A stretch of 16,203 nucleotides of DNA from Alphaproteobacteria bacterium (GTDB taxonomy: Bacteria; Pseudomonadota; Alphaproteobacteria; UBA6615). Shown piece by piece: positions 1 through 8,021 of the stretch. The position numbers were made by a program, and so were the translations under genes. The notes beneath the pieces were generated by a model that was not told the origin of the DNA, did no database searches, and worked only from the letters and a program-made list of their open reading frames with translations. The stretch is taken from assembly GCA_965261975.1 (NCBI GenBank), contig CBDHEC010000039.1:1-16203 (forward strand), written 5' to 3'. Within the stretch, counting starts at the first letter, position 1, and each line of letters starts with the position of its first letter.

Positions 1-2
1 CG

Positions 3-83
3 GTGACGATGTTCTTCGTTCTGCTGATCCTGATTGCTTACCCGCAGCTCAGCCTCTACCTCCTTGAGTTGGGCGCCGTTTAG
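3..83 (+). CDS. C-terminal fragment of a TRAP transporter large permease (DctM-like), truncated by the window start
   Basis: The frame from nt 3 reads VTMFFVLLILIAYPQLSLYLLELGAV-TAG. A hydrophobic helix followed by YPQLSLYL resembles the typical DctM C-terminus (FPxISLWLP). Only 26 aa are visible. Confidence 0.6.
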   Translation: MTMFFVLLILIAYPQLSLYLLELGAV

Positions 84-126
84 GCGCGTTCGCCGGGACG
101 TCCGCCATCGCTGGTTTTCGGCCGGC

Positions 127-151
127 GGATTGCCCATAATTACGGCAATCC
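127..151 (+). promoter_or_regulatory. Perfect 8-bp inverted repeat enclosing a -10-like hexamer; candidate operator/promoter of the deacetylase operon
   Basis: GGATTGCC-cataattac-GGCAATCC, with CATAAT at 135-140. It ends 14 nt before ATG 166. No good -35 is visible. Confidence 0.45.
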
Positions 152-165
152 AACCGGGGGAAGTG

Positions 166-1038
166 ATGAAGATTTTCAAGGACCGTTTACCGTATTCCGC
201 CATTGTCGATCGACCGGCATGGAAGCTGCCCGACGGCAAGCGCATGGCCGTCTGGATCATCGCCAATGTCGAGGATTGGGATATTGCCCGGCCCATGCCG
301 CGCGTGGTCCTGCCGCCGCCCATGGGCGTGCCGCTGCTGCCGGATTTGCCGAACTGGGCGTGGCACGAATACGGCATGCGCGTTGGTTTCTGGCGCATCC
401 GCGATGCGCTGCGCGACCGCGGTATCATCCCGACGATGGCCGTCAACGGCCGGGTCTGCGAGACCTATCCGCGCGTAGCCGAGGCCGCGCTCGAACTGGG
501 TTGGGAGTTCATGGGCCATGGTTACGTCCAGGGCCCGATGCACAAGCATGACGACCAGCAAGAGCAGATCGACCGGGCCTGTGCCGCCATCGAGAAATTC
601 TCCGGCAAGAAAGTGCGTGGCTGGGAAAGTCCCGGGATGACGGAGACCTTCAACACGATCGATTGCCTGAAGCGGGCCGGGATCGAGTATGTCGCCGACT
701 GGGTCCTCGACGATCAGCCCGTCGAGATCGAGACCAGCGAGGGGCCGATGATGTCGGTGCCATACACGGTCGAGACGAACGACATTTCCATGATGGCGCT
801 GCAGCAGCATTCGTCGGACGAGATGTTCAAGCGATCAAAGGATCAGTTCGACCGCCTGTACATGGAGAGCGAGGAATCGGCACGGGTGATGTCGATCAGT
901 CTGCACATGTATCTCACCGGCGCGCCGCACCGGATCAAATATTTCGAGGAGATCCTCGATTACATCCAGGGGCATTCCGACGTGGCTATTGTGCCGGGCG
1001 AGACCATCATGGACTGGTACCGCGAAGCCCACGCCTAG
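166..1038 (+). CDS. Polysaccharide deacetylase (CE4) family protein, PuuE/allantoinase-like subgroup, 290 aa
   Basis: Motifs include WKLPDGKRMAVW..NVE, W.W.EYGMRVGFWR, WEFMGHG, GWESPG, EY.ADW..DDQP, PYT.E.ND and MSISLH....G.P.R. ATG 166 follows GGGGGAAG. The longer ORF-track start overlaps the upstream gene. Confidence 0.85.
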   Translation: MKIFKDRLPYSAIVDRPAWKLPDGKRMAVWIIANVEDWDIARPMPRVVLPPPMGVPLLPDLPNWAWHEYGMRVGFWRIRDALRDRGIIPTMAVNGRVCETYPRVAEAALELGWEFMGHGYVQGPMHKHDDQQEQIDRACAAIEKFSGKKVRGWESPGMTETFNTIDCLKRAGIEYVADWVLDDQPVEIETSEGPMMSVPYTVETNDISMMALQQHSSDEMFKRSKDQFDRLYMESEESARVMSISLHMYLTGAPHRIKYFEEILDYIQGHSDVAIVPGETIMDWYREAHA

Positions 1039-1047
1039 GGCGTGGTC

Positions 1048-1977
1048 ATGGCTTTGCTGCTGACACCGCCGGTTCAGGGCAACATCGAGTACTGGCGAGA
1101 TTGTGTTCTCGAACAGGTACCTGATCTCGATGCGCGTACCTGGCCCGATGTGGGAGACCCCGCCGATATCGAGTATCTGCTGACGGGCTTTCTCGATCTG
1201 GCCGAACTGCCGCCGTTGCCGAACCTGCGGCTGGTGATGCCCATGTTCGCGGGTTTCGACCACCTTCTGGTGCACCCGGACATGCCCGACGTGCCAATCG
1301 TGCGGACGGGGCCGCCCGATGGCGACCCGGCGATGACCGAATATGCTGTACTCCACGTGCTGCGTCATCATCGGCAGATGCCGGATTATCTGGCCCAGCA
1401 GCGCCGCCGCGAGTGGAATGTCAGGCCGCAGAAGCTGCCGCGCGAACAACGGGTCGGCTTCATGGGGTTCGGGGTGTTGGCACAGCCGCCGGCGCGAGTG
1501 CTGTCCGGCCTCGGCTTCGACGTTGCCGCCTGGACCCGCTCCGAGCGCACCGATCCCCAGGTAGAGATGTTTCACGGTGCGGACGGGTTGGGGCCGTTCC
1601 TGGCCCGCACCGATATCCTGGTCTGTCTGTTGCCGCTGACGGTGGAGACCGCAGGCATCCTGGGTGCCGAGAGTTTCGCGCAGATGCCCGACGGCGCATC
1701 GATCATCAATCTGGGGCGTGGCGGGCATCTTGCCGAGGATGACCTGGTCGCCGCCCTGGACAGCGGAAAGCTGGCCGGGGCGACCCTCGATGCCACCAAA
1801 CCCGAGCCCTTGCCCGAGGACAGCCCGCTCTGGTTACATGAGCGGGTCACAATCATGCCGCATACGGCGCGCAGGGTGAGGGCGGATGTCATCGCGCCCC
1901 AGGTGGCGGAGATTATCCGCCGGGACAAGGCGAATGAGCCGCAATTGTGGGCCGTGGACCGGTCGGCGGGATATTAG
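1048..1977 (+). CDS. D-isomer-specific 2-hydroxyacid dehydrogenase, glyoxylate/hydroxypyruvate reductase A (GhrA)-like
   Basis: Motifs include AGFDH, MTEYAVLHVLRHHR, the Rossmann GFMGFGVLA, WTRS (NADPH-type), LLPLT.ET.GIL, INLGRG, LDAT.PEPLP.DSPLW and MPH, with C-terminal VDRSAGY. Confidence 0.88.
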   Translation: MALLLTPPVQGNIEYWRDCVLEQVPDLDARTWPDVGDPADIEYLLTGFLDLAELPPLPNLRLVMPMFAGFDHLLVHPDMPDVPIVRTGPPDGDPAMTEYAVLHVLRHHRQMPDYLAQQRRREWNVRPQKLPREQRVGFMGFGVLAQPPARVLSGLGFDVAAWTRSERTDPQVEMFHGADGLGPFLARTDILVCLLPLTVETAGILGAESFAQMPDGASIINLGRGGHLAEDDLVAALDSGKLAGATLDATKPEPLPEDSPLWLHERVTIMPHTARRVRADVIAPQVAEIIRRDKANEPQLWAVDRSAGY

Positions 1978-1989
1978 GAGAGACACTAT

Positions 1990-2784
1990 ATGGCTTTGAC
2001 GGATGCACAGGTGGCGCAGGCTGCCGATATTCTGGCGGGCGCCTTCAACGCGCGCACCACGATTGACGGGCTGCCTGACGAATGTGGCCCGGCGAACGCC
2101 GCCGAAGCGGTGCAGGTCCAGGTCGCCCTGCTCGAGCGGCTGGGGCTGGACGCGGCAGGCTACAAGGCCGGTTTCACCAACCCGCCGATGCTCGAGAAGG
2201 CCGGGCCCGACGGGCCCATGGCCGGCGTCATGTTCCGCGACTTCACGGTTGCCAGCGGTGGCATCCTGCAACGCGCGGACGTGGGGACGGGCGCGCTGAT
2301 CGAGGCTGAGGTATCCTTCCGCATGGGCGCAGATCTCCCGGCCCGCGACGGCGTATATAGCGACGACGAGGTGATCGCGGCCGTCGACAGCGCGATCATC
2401 GGGATCGAAGTCGCGGTTCCACGGATGAACGACCCGCTGGGACAGCCGATGGTGCATCTTGCCGCCGACAATGGTGCGGCCATGGGGTTCATCGTCGGGC
2501 CGGATATCCCGGACTGGCAGAACCGCGATCTCAAGACCCTCGACATCGAACTGTTCTTCGACGGGGAAGTGGTCTCCGAAGGCATGCCGCTGCCGGCACG
2601 TTGTGATGAAATCTGGTCGCTGGTCTGGATCGTCAACCATTTCTCCGCGCGTGGTGTCGGCATCAAGGCCGGTGACTACATGACGACGGGTGCCGCCGCG
2701 GCCCCGAAGCCGATTGGTAACACCACGGAAGTTGTTGCCCGTTTTGCCGGGATCGGCGACGTCGGTTTCTCGGTAGCAGGCTGA
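1990..2784 (+). CDS. FAH-superfamily hydratase/decarboxylase, 2-keto-4-pentenoate hydratase (MhpD/HpcG)-like
   Basis: Motifs include GYKAGFT, IEAEVSF, IGIEV, ADNGA and GIKAGD.MTTG. The RBS AGGAG overlaps the upstream TAG. Confidence 0.85.
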   Translation: MALTDAQVAQAADILAGAFNARTTIDGLPDECGPANAAEAVQVQVALLERLGLDAAGYKAGFTNPPMLEKAGPDGPMAGVMFRDFTVASGGILQRADVGTGALIEAEVSFRMGADLPARDGVYSDDEVIAAVDSAIIGIEVAVPRMNDPLGQPMVHLAADNGAAMGFIVGPDIPDWQNRDLKTLDIELFFDGEVVSEGMPLPARCDEIWSLVWIVNHFSARGVGIKAGDYMTTGAAAAPKPIGNTTEVVARFAGIGDVGFSVAG

Positions 2785-2786
2785 AC

Positions 2787-3554
2787 CTGAACCGGGTCCT
2801 GACATTCGCGCTGGCGGTGCTCCTGACGGCTGGTTTTGTCGCGTCGGCACAGGGCGAAGACCTCGCCGCGCTCAAGAAACGCCTGTTGCCGGGCATCAAG
2901 GGCGAGGACAATCGGCAGATCGTGGATTCCAGTGACTATCCCTGGAGTGCCATCGGCCGGGTGAACACGCGGGTTGGCGGGTTTTGCACCGGCACCGTCA
3001 TGGGCCCCAGCGATGTGCTTACGGCTGCGCATTGTCTGTGGAACAAGCGTACCAAACGGTGGCTGGTGCCCGAGGCCGTGAATTTTCTGGCAGGATATCG
3101 GCGCGGGGATTTCATCGCCCTCGGGAAGGTCGTGGATTACACGCTCGCAGACCCGTTGATCACGCCGGATGACGGCCCCCGGTTCAGGCCGAACGATTGG
3201 GCGATCCTGCGCCTGGCCGAACCGATCGACGGCATCACGGGTACGCTGACCCTTGGCCTGTCGGGGACACCGGTGAAACATTATCTCCAGGCCGGCTACA
3301 GCAAGGACAAACCCCATATCCTGACCCTCGACGCCGGGTGCCGGGTTGATGATGGCCATGACAATGGCGGCTTGCTGTTCCATGGTTGCGATGCGGTGAG
3401 CGGTGATTCCGGGTCGCCGATACTGGGCTTTGCGGATGACGCACTGGTCGTGCTCGGGGTTCACGTGGCGACGGCGCCGAGGGGCGATAAGGATAGCCTG
3501 GGGATTGCCATTCCGATCGATTCCGTCGCGGAGGGCGTGAATCCGACCCAGTAG
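2787..3554 (+). CDS. Secreted trypsin-like (S1, V8/glutamyl endopeptidase-type) serine protease; start uncertain (CTG 2787/2781 or GTG 2817)
   Basis: Motifs include YPWSAIGRV, CTGT, LTAAHC (His), NDWAIL (Asp) and GDSGSP (Ser). From CTG 2787 the signal peptide reads (M)NRVLTFALAVLLTAGFVASAQG. Confidence 0.88.
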   Translation: MNRVLTFALAVLLTAGFVASAQGEDLAALKKRLLPGIKGEDNRQIVDSSDYPWSAIGRVNTRVGGFCTGTVMGPSDVLTAAHCLWNKRTKRWLVPEAVNFLAGYRRGDFIALGKVVDYTLADPLITPDDGPRFRPNDWAILRLAEPIDGITGTLTLGLSGTPVKHYLQAGYSKDKPHILTLDAGCRVDDGHDNGGLLFHGCDAVSGDSGSPILGFADDALVVLGVHVATAPRGDKDSLGIAIPIDSVAEGVNPTQ

Positions 3555-3556
3555 GA

Positions 3557-3584
3557 CTTGTAAGGTGCGACCGCGCGCCTATGT
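3557..3584 (+). promoter_or_regulatory. Candidate alphaproteobacterial RpoH/RpoD-type promoter of the nitroreductase
   Basis: CTTG-N17-CCTATGT resembles the rhizobial RpoH-type CTTG-N17-CCTAT(A)T. The RBS GAGG lies downstream. Confidence 0.45.
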
Positions 3585-3617
3585 GAAACGAATTGCGATT
3601 TTGAGGATAAGCCGTTC

Positions 3618-4214
3618 ATGGCCGAAGCTGACCAACCGAAGACCAACCCCGTCCTCGACGGGTTAATCAACCGAAATTCGACGCCGCCGCGCCTGTTCGA
3701 CGGCGGAGAGCCGCCGCGCGCGGATATCGACCGGATGCTCGAGGCGGCAATGAGTGCGCCCGATCACGGGTTCGTCCGGCCCTGGCGCTTCCACATCATC
3801 GAGGGTGACGCGCGCACCAAGCTGGGTGAACTCTTTGCTGACGCATTGCTGGAGCGCGAGCCTTTCGCGCCGACGGCCGCCATCGAGAAAGAGAAGGGGC
3901 GCCCGCTGCGCGCGCCGACGATCGTGGCTGTTTGTGCCAAGGTCGACCCCACACGTGCGCCCAAGGTGCCGGTCGTCGAGCAGATCGTCGCGACGGCAGC
4001 GGCGATGGAGCATTTGGTCATCGCGGCCCAATCGATGGGTTATGGCGCGATCGTCTTGACGGGCCGCAACGCGCACGACCCGATGGTACGCAAGGCGTTC
4101 GATCTGTCGGGTGAGGATGAACTGCTCGGGTTTGTCTATATCGGCTGCATCAGCGAGCCGACCCCGCCCAAGGATCGCCCCGACGCGGCGGAGTTCACCA
4201 GCGTCTGGGGCTAG
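3618..4214 (+). CDS. Nitroreductase family protein, YdjA-like
   Basis: Motifs include NRNST, AAMSAPDHG.VRPWRF, RAPTIV, EQIVA, QSMGYGA..LTG and LLGFVYIG. Confidence 0.9.
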   Translation: MAEADQPKTNPVLDGLINRNSTPPRLFDGGEPPRADIDRMLEAAMSAPDHGFVRPWRFHIIEGDARTKLGELFADALLEREPFAPTAAIEKEKGRPLRAPTIVAVCAKVDPTRAPKVPVVEQIVATAAAMEHLVIAAQSMGYGAIVLTGRNAHDPMVRKAFDLSGEDELLGFVYIGCISEPTPPKDRPDAAEFTSVWG

Positions 4215-4888
4215 AAAAGATCGCGAGGGTCTTTCAGGTCGAGGTTGGGGGATTGGCGCAACTGTTCGATCGCGTCGACTGCCGCATCGACATCGTGTAA
4301 CCCCCAAAGCCCGTAGTCGATTTCTTCTGTCGCAGCGCTGGCGAGCATGTAGAGCATGCCTGTCTCTTGCCTCCACATAACATGAGTTCGGTCGACCGCT
4401 GGTTTGGGAAACCTGATGTAGCCGGTCCCGGCTGCGTTCGTTACGACGTCCATGCCATCGATGGAGTATCCCCGGTGGCGGACAACCATGCTGATCGTGC
4501 CACGTCTCCCGCCCTTGACGATCATGATGTTCCGGTCGGTTACCACGTAGCGGACACGTCTGGCGCGTCGGCTGTATCGAAATGGCGTTTCGAGCATCCA
4601 GAGTGACAGCAAACCGACCGGCAGGAGAATCACCCATACGGCCGTTTCGATTTGCGCGAGACCTTCGCTTGCCACGCTTATGAACGTGCCCCCCACAATG
4701 GCGAGCAAGATCAGTCCATAGACAGCTTTCCGGATTCCTTGCCTGCCCATGCGCGCGGGATCAGGTCTACCCGACCAGAGGATTGTTTCGTCTGGCCGAA
4801 GTGGGACCTGTTCCTCGACAAACTTCGACCGGGCCACATCGACTTCGAAGTCCCGGCGAACCGGACCAAGCACTGGACCTTTGGACAT
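4211..4888 (-). CDS. Hypothetical membrane protein: 2 TM helices plus a bacterial PH-like C-terminal domain, 225 aa
   Basis: L.PDETILWSGRP, two hydrophobic segments, then YVVTDRNIMI and G.GYIRF, a pattern typical of bPH-domain membrane proteins. ATG 4888 lies 17 nt after the lactonase stop. Confidence 0.65.
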   Translation of the reverse strand: MSKGPVLGPVRRDFEVDVARSKFVEEQVPLRPDETILWSGRPDPARMGRQGIRKAVYGLILLAIVGGTFISVASEGLAQIETAVWVILLPVGLLSLWMLETPFRYSRRARRVRYVVTDRNIMIVKGGRRGTISMVVRHRGYSIDGMDVVTNAAGTGYIRFPKPAVDRTHVMWRQETGMLYMLASAATEEIDYGLWGLHDVDAAVDAIEQLRQSPNLDLKDPRDLF

Positions 4889-4905
4889 GGGCCCACCGGT
4901 TGTCT

Positions 4906-5934
4906 CTAGAAGGTTTCGTTCCAGTGCACCATCGGCAGTCCCGCCACCGGTGAGGTGAAGTAGGGGATGTTGGTCGCGCGCAACGAGCCCACATAGACCG
5001 TCTTCAGGTCCGGGCCGCCGAAAGTCACGGACGCGCACCATTTGGCGATGTCGCCGCCGCATTCGAGCAGCAGCTCGGCAGTGACTTCACTTTTCTGAAA
5101 GGCGGTGTCGAGCTTGGCGACTTCCGCGGGATTTGAGTCATCGAAGATGATGTGCAGATCGCCGTCGGGCTTGATGGCGAAGATGCCGTCATTCATGACA
5201 TGGGTGCCCCAGAGATTGCCGAAGGCATCGAAGGCGATACCGTCGATCAGGCGGCCATGGTCGCTCGGGCCGTAGATCTCCTTCGGGCCGAGGCTACCGT
5301 CATCGGCGATCCTGTACCGCGCGATGTTGCGGCCGCAGGTCTGCACCACGTAGAGCCATTCCTCATTCTCATCGAGCTTGCATTCGTTCGAGAAGTGCAC
5401 GTCGTCGGCCACGATCCGGACACCGACGCCTTCTTCATAGAGCAGGATGCGTCCATCGATGATGTCGGGGCTGATCGCCTTGGGCCAGTCATGGAGCATC
5501 GTCGAGACGGTGATCCAGACTCGGTTCTTGCTGTCGCGGGCAACAAAATTGACCTTGCCGATGGCTTCGCCGTCGACCGTATCGAACATCACTTCGGTCT
5601 CGCCGGTGCGGGTCATCCGCTCCAGGCAATCGGTGCCGAAGTTCGAAATCAGGATGTCGCCATTGTCGGCAAAGGCCAAACCGTTCGGCAGGGTGCCGTC
5701 GACGAACTTTGAGGCTTCGTCGTCGGTCGATCCGAACGCCTCGGCATCATGGGACTGTGTGATGATGTCCTGGCTGCCGTCGGGTCGGATGCGCACAACG
5801 CCGCCACGTGCATCGGCCGACCACAGGTCGCCGTTCTTCTCGGCCAGGATACATTCCGGGCGCTGCAGACCTTCACCGATGAACTTGAAGTCATCCTTGG
5901 TAAGGGTGAAACCGTCGATGGGGTTGTTCGCCAT
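4906..5934 (-). CDS. SMP-30/gluconolactonase/LRE family beta-propeller (lactonase-like)
   Basis: Motifs include RPECI, PNGLAF, KVNFV..D, FSNEC, IDGIAFDAFGNLW and SVTFGGPDLKTVYVG. There is a strong RBS, GGAGGAGAG. Confidence 0.88.
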   Translation of the reverse strand: MANNPIDGFTLTKDDFKFIGEGLQRPECILAEKNGDLWSADARGGVVRIRPDGSQDIITQSHDAEAFGSTDDEASKFVDGTLPNGLAFADNGDILISNFGTDCLERMTRTGETEVMFDTVDGEAIGKVNFVARDSKNRVWITVSTMLHDWPKAISPDIIDGRILLYEEGVGVRIVADDVHFSNECKLDENEEWLYVVQTCGRNIARYRIADDGSLGPKEIYGPSDHGRLIDGIAFDAFGNLWGTHVMNDGIFAIKPDGDLHIIFDDSNPAEVAKLDTAFQKSEVTAELLLECGGDIAKWCASVTFGGPDLKTVYVGSLRATNIPYFTSPVAGLPMVHWNETF

Positions 5935-5974
5935 TTTCTCTCTCCTCCCGGACCTCCGGGGTATGTGACCGGAT

Positions 5975-6014
5975 GTGCCGCGCGGAATGAAATCCACGCG
6001 GCACTTTGGTTTTT
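5975..6014. terminator. Stem-loop with a T-rich tail on the + strand, between BKACE and the lactonase
   Basis: GTGCCGCG-c-GGA-atgaaa-TCC-a-CGCGGCAC followed by TTTGGTTTTT. The U-tract orientation is + although both flanking genes are -. Confidence 0.45.
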
Positions 6015-6046
6015 ATGATCCGGTATTGGTGTGTTCCGGGCCGAGC

Positions 6047-6982
6047 CTAGAACTTCACCATGTCGCCACCCTTGAGATCGAGGATCTCGCGGGCTTCATC
6101 CGGCGTCGCAACTTCCAGGGACAGGTCCTCGACGATCCGGCGGATCTTCTCAACCTGCTGGGCGTTGGATTCGGCCAGTTCACCCTTGCCGATGTAGAGG
6201 GAGTCCTCGAGACCAACACGCACGCTGCCGCCGAGCATGGCGGACTGGGTGACGAAGTTCATCTGGTGACGGCCCGCACCGAGCACGGAGAAGACATAGT
6301 CGTCGCCGAAGAGCTTGTCGGCTGTCTCCTTCATATGCATCAGATGCGCCAGGTCGGCGCCGATGCCGCCCATGATGCCGAAGATGAACTGCAGGAAGAT
6401 CGGCCCCTTCAGGCGGCCCTGATTGTACCAGTAGGCCGTGTTGTAGAGATGGCTGACGTCGTAGCACTCATGCTCGAACTTCACCCCGCGCTTATCGTGC
6501 AGCTCGGTGATAATGTACTCCATCTGCTTGAAGGTGTTGGTGAAGATGAAATCGTCGGTCATCTCCAGGTAGGGCTTTTCCCAGTCGTACTTCCATTTGT
6601 CGTAGCGACCGGCCAGCCCGAAGATGCCGAAGTTCATGGAGCCCATGTTGAAGGACGTGACCTCGGGCTCGGCGCGCACGGCCGCCGCGATACGCTCGTC
6701 GACGGTCATGCCGAGTCCGCCGCCCGTCGTGATGTTCACGACCGCGTCGGTGTTCTGCTTGATGCGCGGCAGGAACTCCATGAACACGTCCGGGTCGGGT
6801 GTCGGCTTGCCGTTCTCCGGGTCGCGGGCGTGGAGATGGATGATCGACGCACCGGCCTCGGCCGCCTCGATCGATGCCTGCGCGACTTCGTCGGGTGTGA
6901 TCGGCAGATGGTCCGACATGGTCGGTGTGTGGATCGCGCCCGTGATCGCGCAAGAAATGATGACTTTGCTTTGTTTCGCCAT
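6047..6982 (-). CDS. Beta-keto acid cleavage enzyme (BKACE / 3-keto-5-aminohexanoate cleavage enzyme family, DUF849)
   Basis: Motifs include IISCAITGAIHTPTMS..LPITP, the Zn ligands IHLHARDP..G.P, NITTGG, NMGSMNFG, FEHECYD and VRVGLEDSL. Confidence 0.93.
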   Translation of the reverse strand: MAKQSKVIISCAITGAIHTPTMSDHLPITPDEVAQASIEAAEAGASIIHLHARDPENGKPTPDPDVFMEFLPRIKQNTDAVVNITTGGGLGMTVDERIAAAVRAEPEVTSFNMGSMNFGIFGLAGRYDKWKYDWEKPYLEMTDDFIFTNTFKQMEYIITELHDKRGVKFEHECYDVSHLYNTAYWYNQGRLKGPIFLQFIFGIMGGIGADLAHLMHMKETADKLFGDDYVFSVLGAGRHQMNFVTQSAMLGGSVRVGLEDSLYIGKGELAESNAQQVEKIRRIVEDLSLEVATPDEAREILDLKGGDMVKF

Positions 6983-7074
6983 GGTTTTCCCCCTGAGGTC
7001 GAAGATTATTTTGTTTTCGTTGGTCCGATACTGACCGGTTCTGGCCGCCAGGACCATTCGTGATATTGGCCGCG

Positions 7075-7103
7075 AGCCTACAATCGCGGTCCGGCCAAGT
7101 CCA
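7075..7103 (-). promoter_or_regulatory. Candidate sigma70 promoter for BKACE
   Basis: Minus strand TGGACT(7103-7098)-N17-TAGGCT(7080-7075). The -10 lies within the inverted repeat CCGCGA-N8-TCGCGG (7070-7089). Confidence 0.3.
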
Positions 7104-7116
7104 GATTAGAGGGTGA

Positions 7117-7977
7117 CTATCCCAGCTCGAAGCTCGTGAGACCGAACACGCCGGGAAATCGCATCTGTGGCGCCAGGCCCCGATACATGCGCACGGTCTC
7201 GAATACCCGTTCCAGGCCCAGTTTCTCACACATTTCGAGAGCATCATCGTTGGCGAAGGGGGGATCCAGATAGACTTGCTCAGCGTCGGTGTCCGACACG
7301 AGTTTGGCGATTATCCGCTCGGCCATTGCCGCATCATCGGCAAAAAGTGGACCGATCTTGTGGCCTTCGCGGCAGGGACGGATCACGCCATAGCCGCGGA
7401 TGTCGCCGTTCGTGACCGCCGCAACGCCGCGGTGGCCGGGGGTCGATAGCCAGGCCCCCAGATAGTTCTCCCGCGTTGACGGGAAATACTCGGTGTCGAA
7501 GCTGTTGATTGCCGCGACGTGCTCGGGGCCGATCGTTACCAGGTCGTCCCCGCTGCTATCTGCCTGCGAGAGATCAGGAATGCCGCCAAACCTGAAGCTG
7601 CGATGGGTACGGAAGAACCCGGCTTTCCGGTAGGTCATCTCCTCATCGACGACGGCATCCAGTCCGATCACCACATGGCGACCGAGCCGGTCGATGACAT
7701 GGCGCCAAAGCGCCAGACCAATGCCCTGGCCGCGGTGATCGGGGTGGACGATATAGAATCCGATAAACGCAAAGCCCCGATCGTGGCGGACCTGGGACAT
7801 GCAGGCGACCATCTCGCCGTTTTCCCGCGCGGTCCAGAATCCTTCCGGGTCCGTGGCCCAGAAGGCCTCGGCGTCGTTCAGGCCGGGGTTCCAGCCTTCT
7901 CGTGCGGCCCACTCGATCATGACGTCGAGGTCTTTGCGGGTCGCAGGGACGAACTCAATTTCGTTCTTAATGGTCAC
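7117..7977 (-). CDS. Tandem GNAT N-acetyltransferase (YitH-like)
   Basis: Motifs include WAAREGWNPG, FIGFYIVHPDHRGQGIG (AcCoA motif A), GYGVIRPC..G.KIGPLFAD, FETVRMY and C-terminal FGLTSFELG. GTG start with AGGA upstream. Confidence 0.9.
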   Translation of the reverse strand: MTIKNEIEFVPATRKDLDVMIEWAAREGWNPGLNDAEAFWATDPEGFWTARENGEMVACMSQVRHDRGFAFIGFYIVHPDHRGQGIGLALWRHVIDRLGRHVVIGLDAVVDEEMTYRKAGFFRTHRSFRFGGIPDLSQADSSGDDLVTIGPEHVAAINSFDTEYFPSTRENYLGAWLSTPGHRGVAAVTNGDIRGYGVIRPCREGHKIGPLFADDAAMAERIIAKLVSDTDAEQVYLDPPFANDDALEMCEKLGLERVFETVRMYRGLAPQMRFPGVFGLTSFELG

Positions 7978-8021
7978 TTGGTCAATTTCCTAGCGGGGTT
8001 AAGCGTGTTGCAGGCGGGTGG

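Noticed and set aside
34-165. N-terminal extensions in the ORF track (also 5935-5997, 6983-7057, 11096-11464, 15165-15257, 4889-5062)
   Set aside because: They overlap neighbouring genes or promoters. The downstream ATGs mostly have an RBS and coincide with where the family domain begins.
2782-2802. TGA read-through or recoding of the hydratase stop
   Set aside because: The protein is full length at this stop and two more in-frame TGAs follow immediately. No gene in the window contains an internal TGA.
3618-4214. Functional link between the nitroreductase and the NAO-like ACAD
   Set aside because: They are 7 kb apart in different transcription units, and YdjA-like proteins are widespread housekeeping flavoproteins.
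5975-7063. 362-aa + strand ORF opposite BKACE, and similar long antisense ORFs (835-1728, 1834-2850, 7519-8568, 9054-10016, 11312-12589)
   Set aside because: These are shadow frames of GC-biased genes. They carry no recognisable motifs and overlap well-supported CDSs on the other strand.
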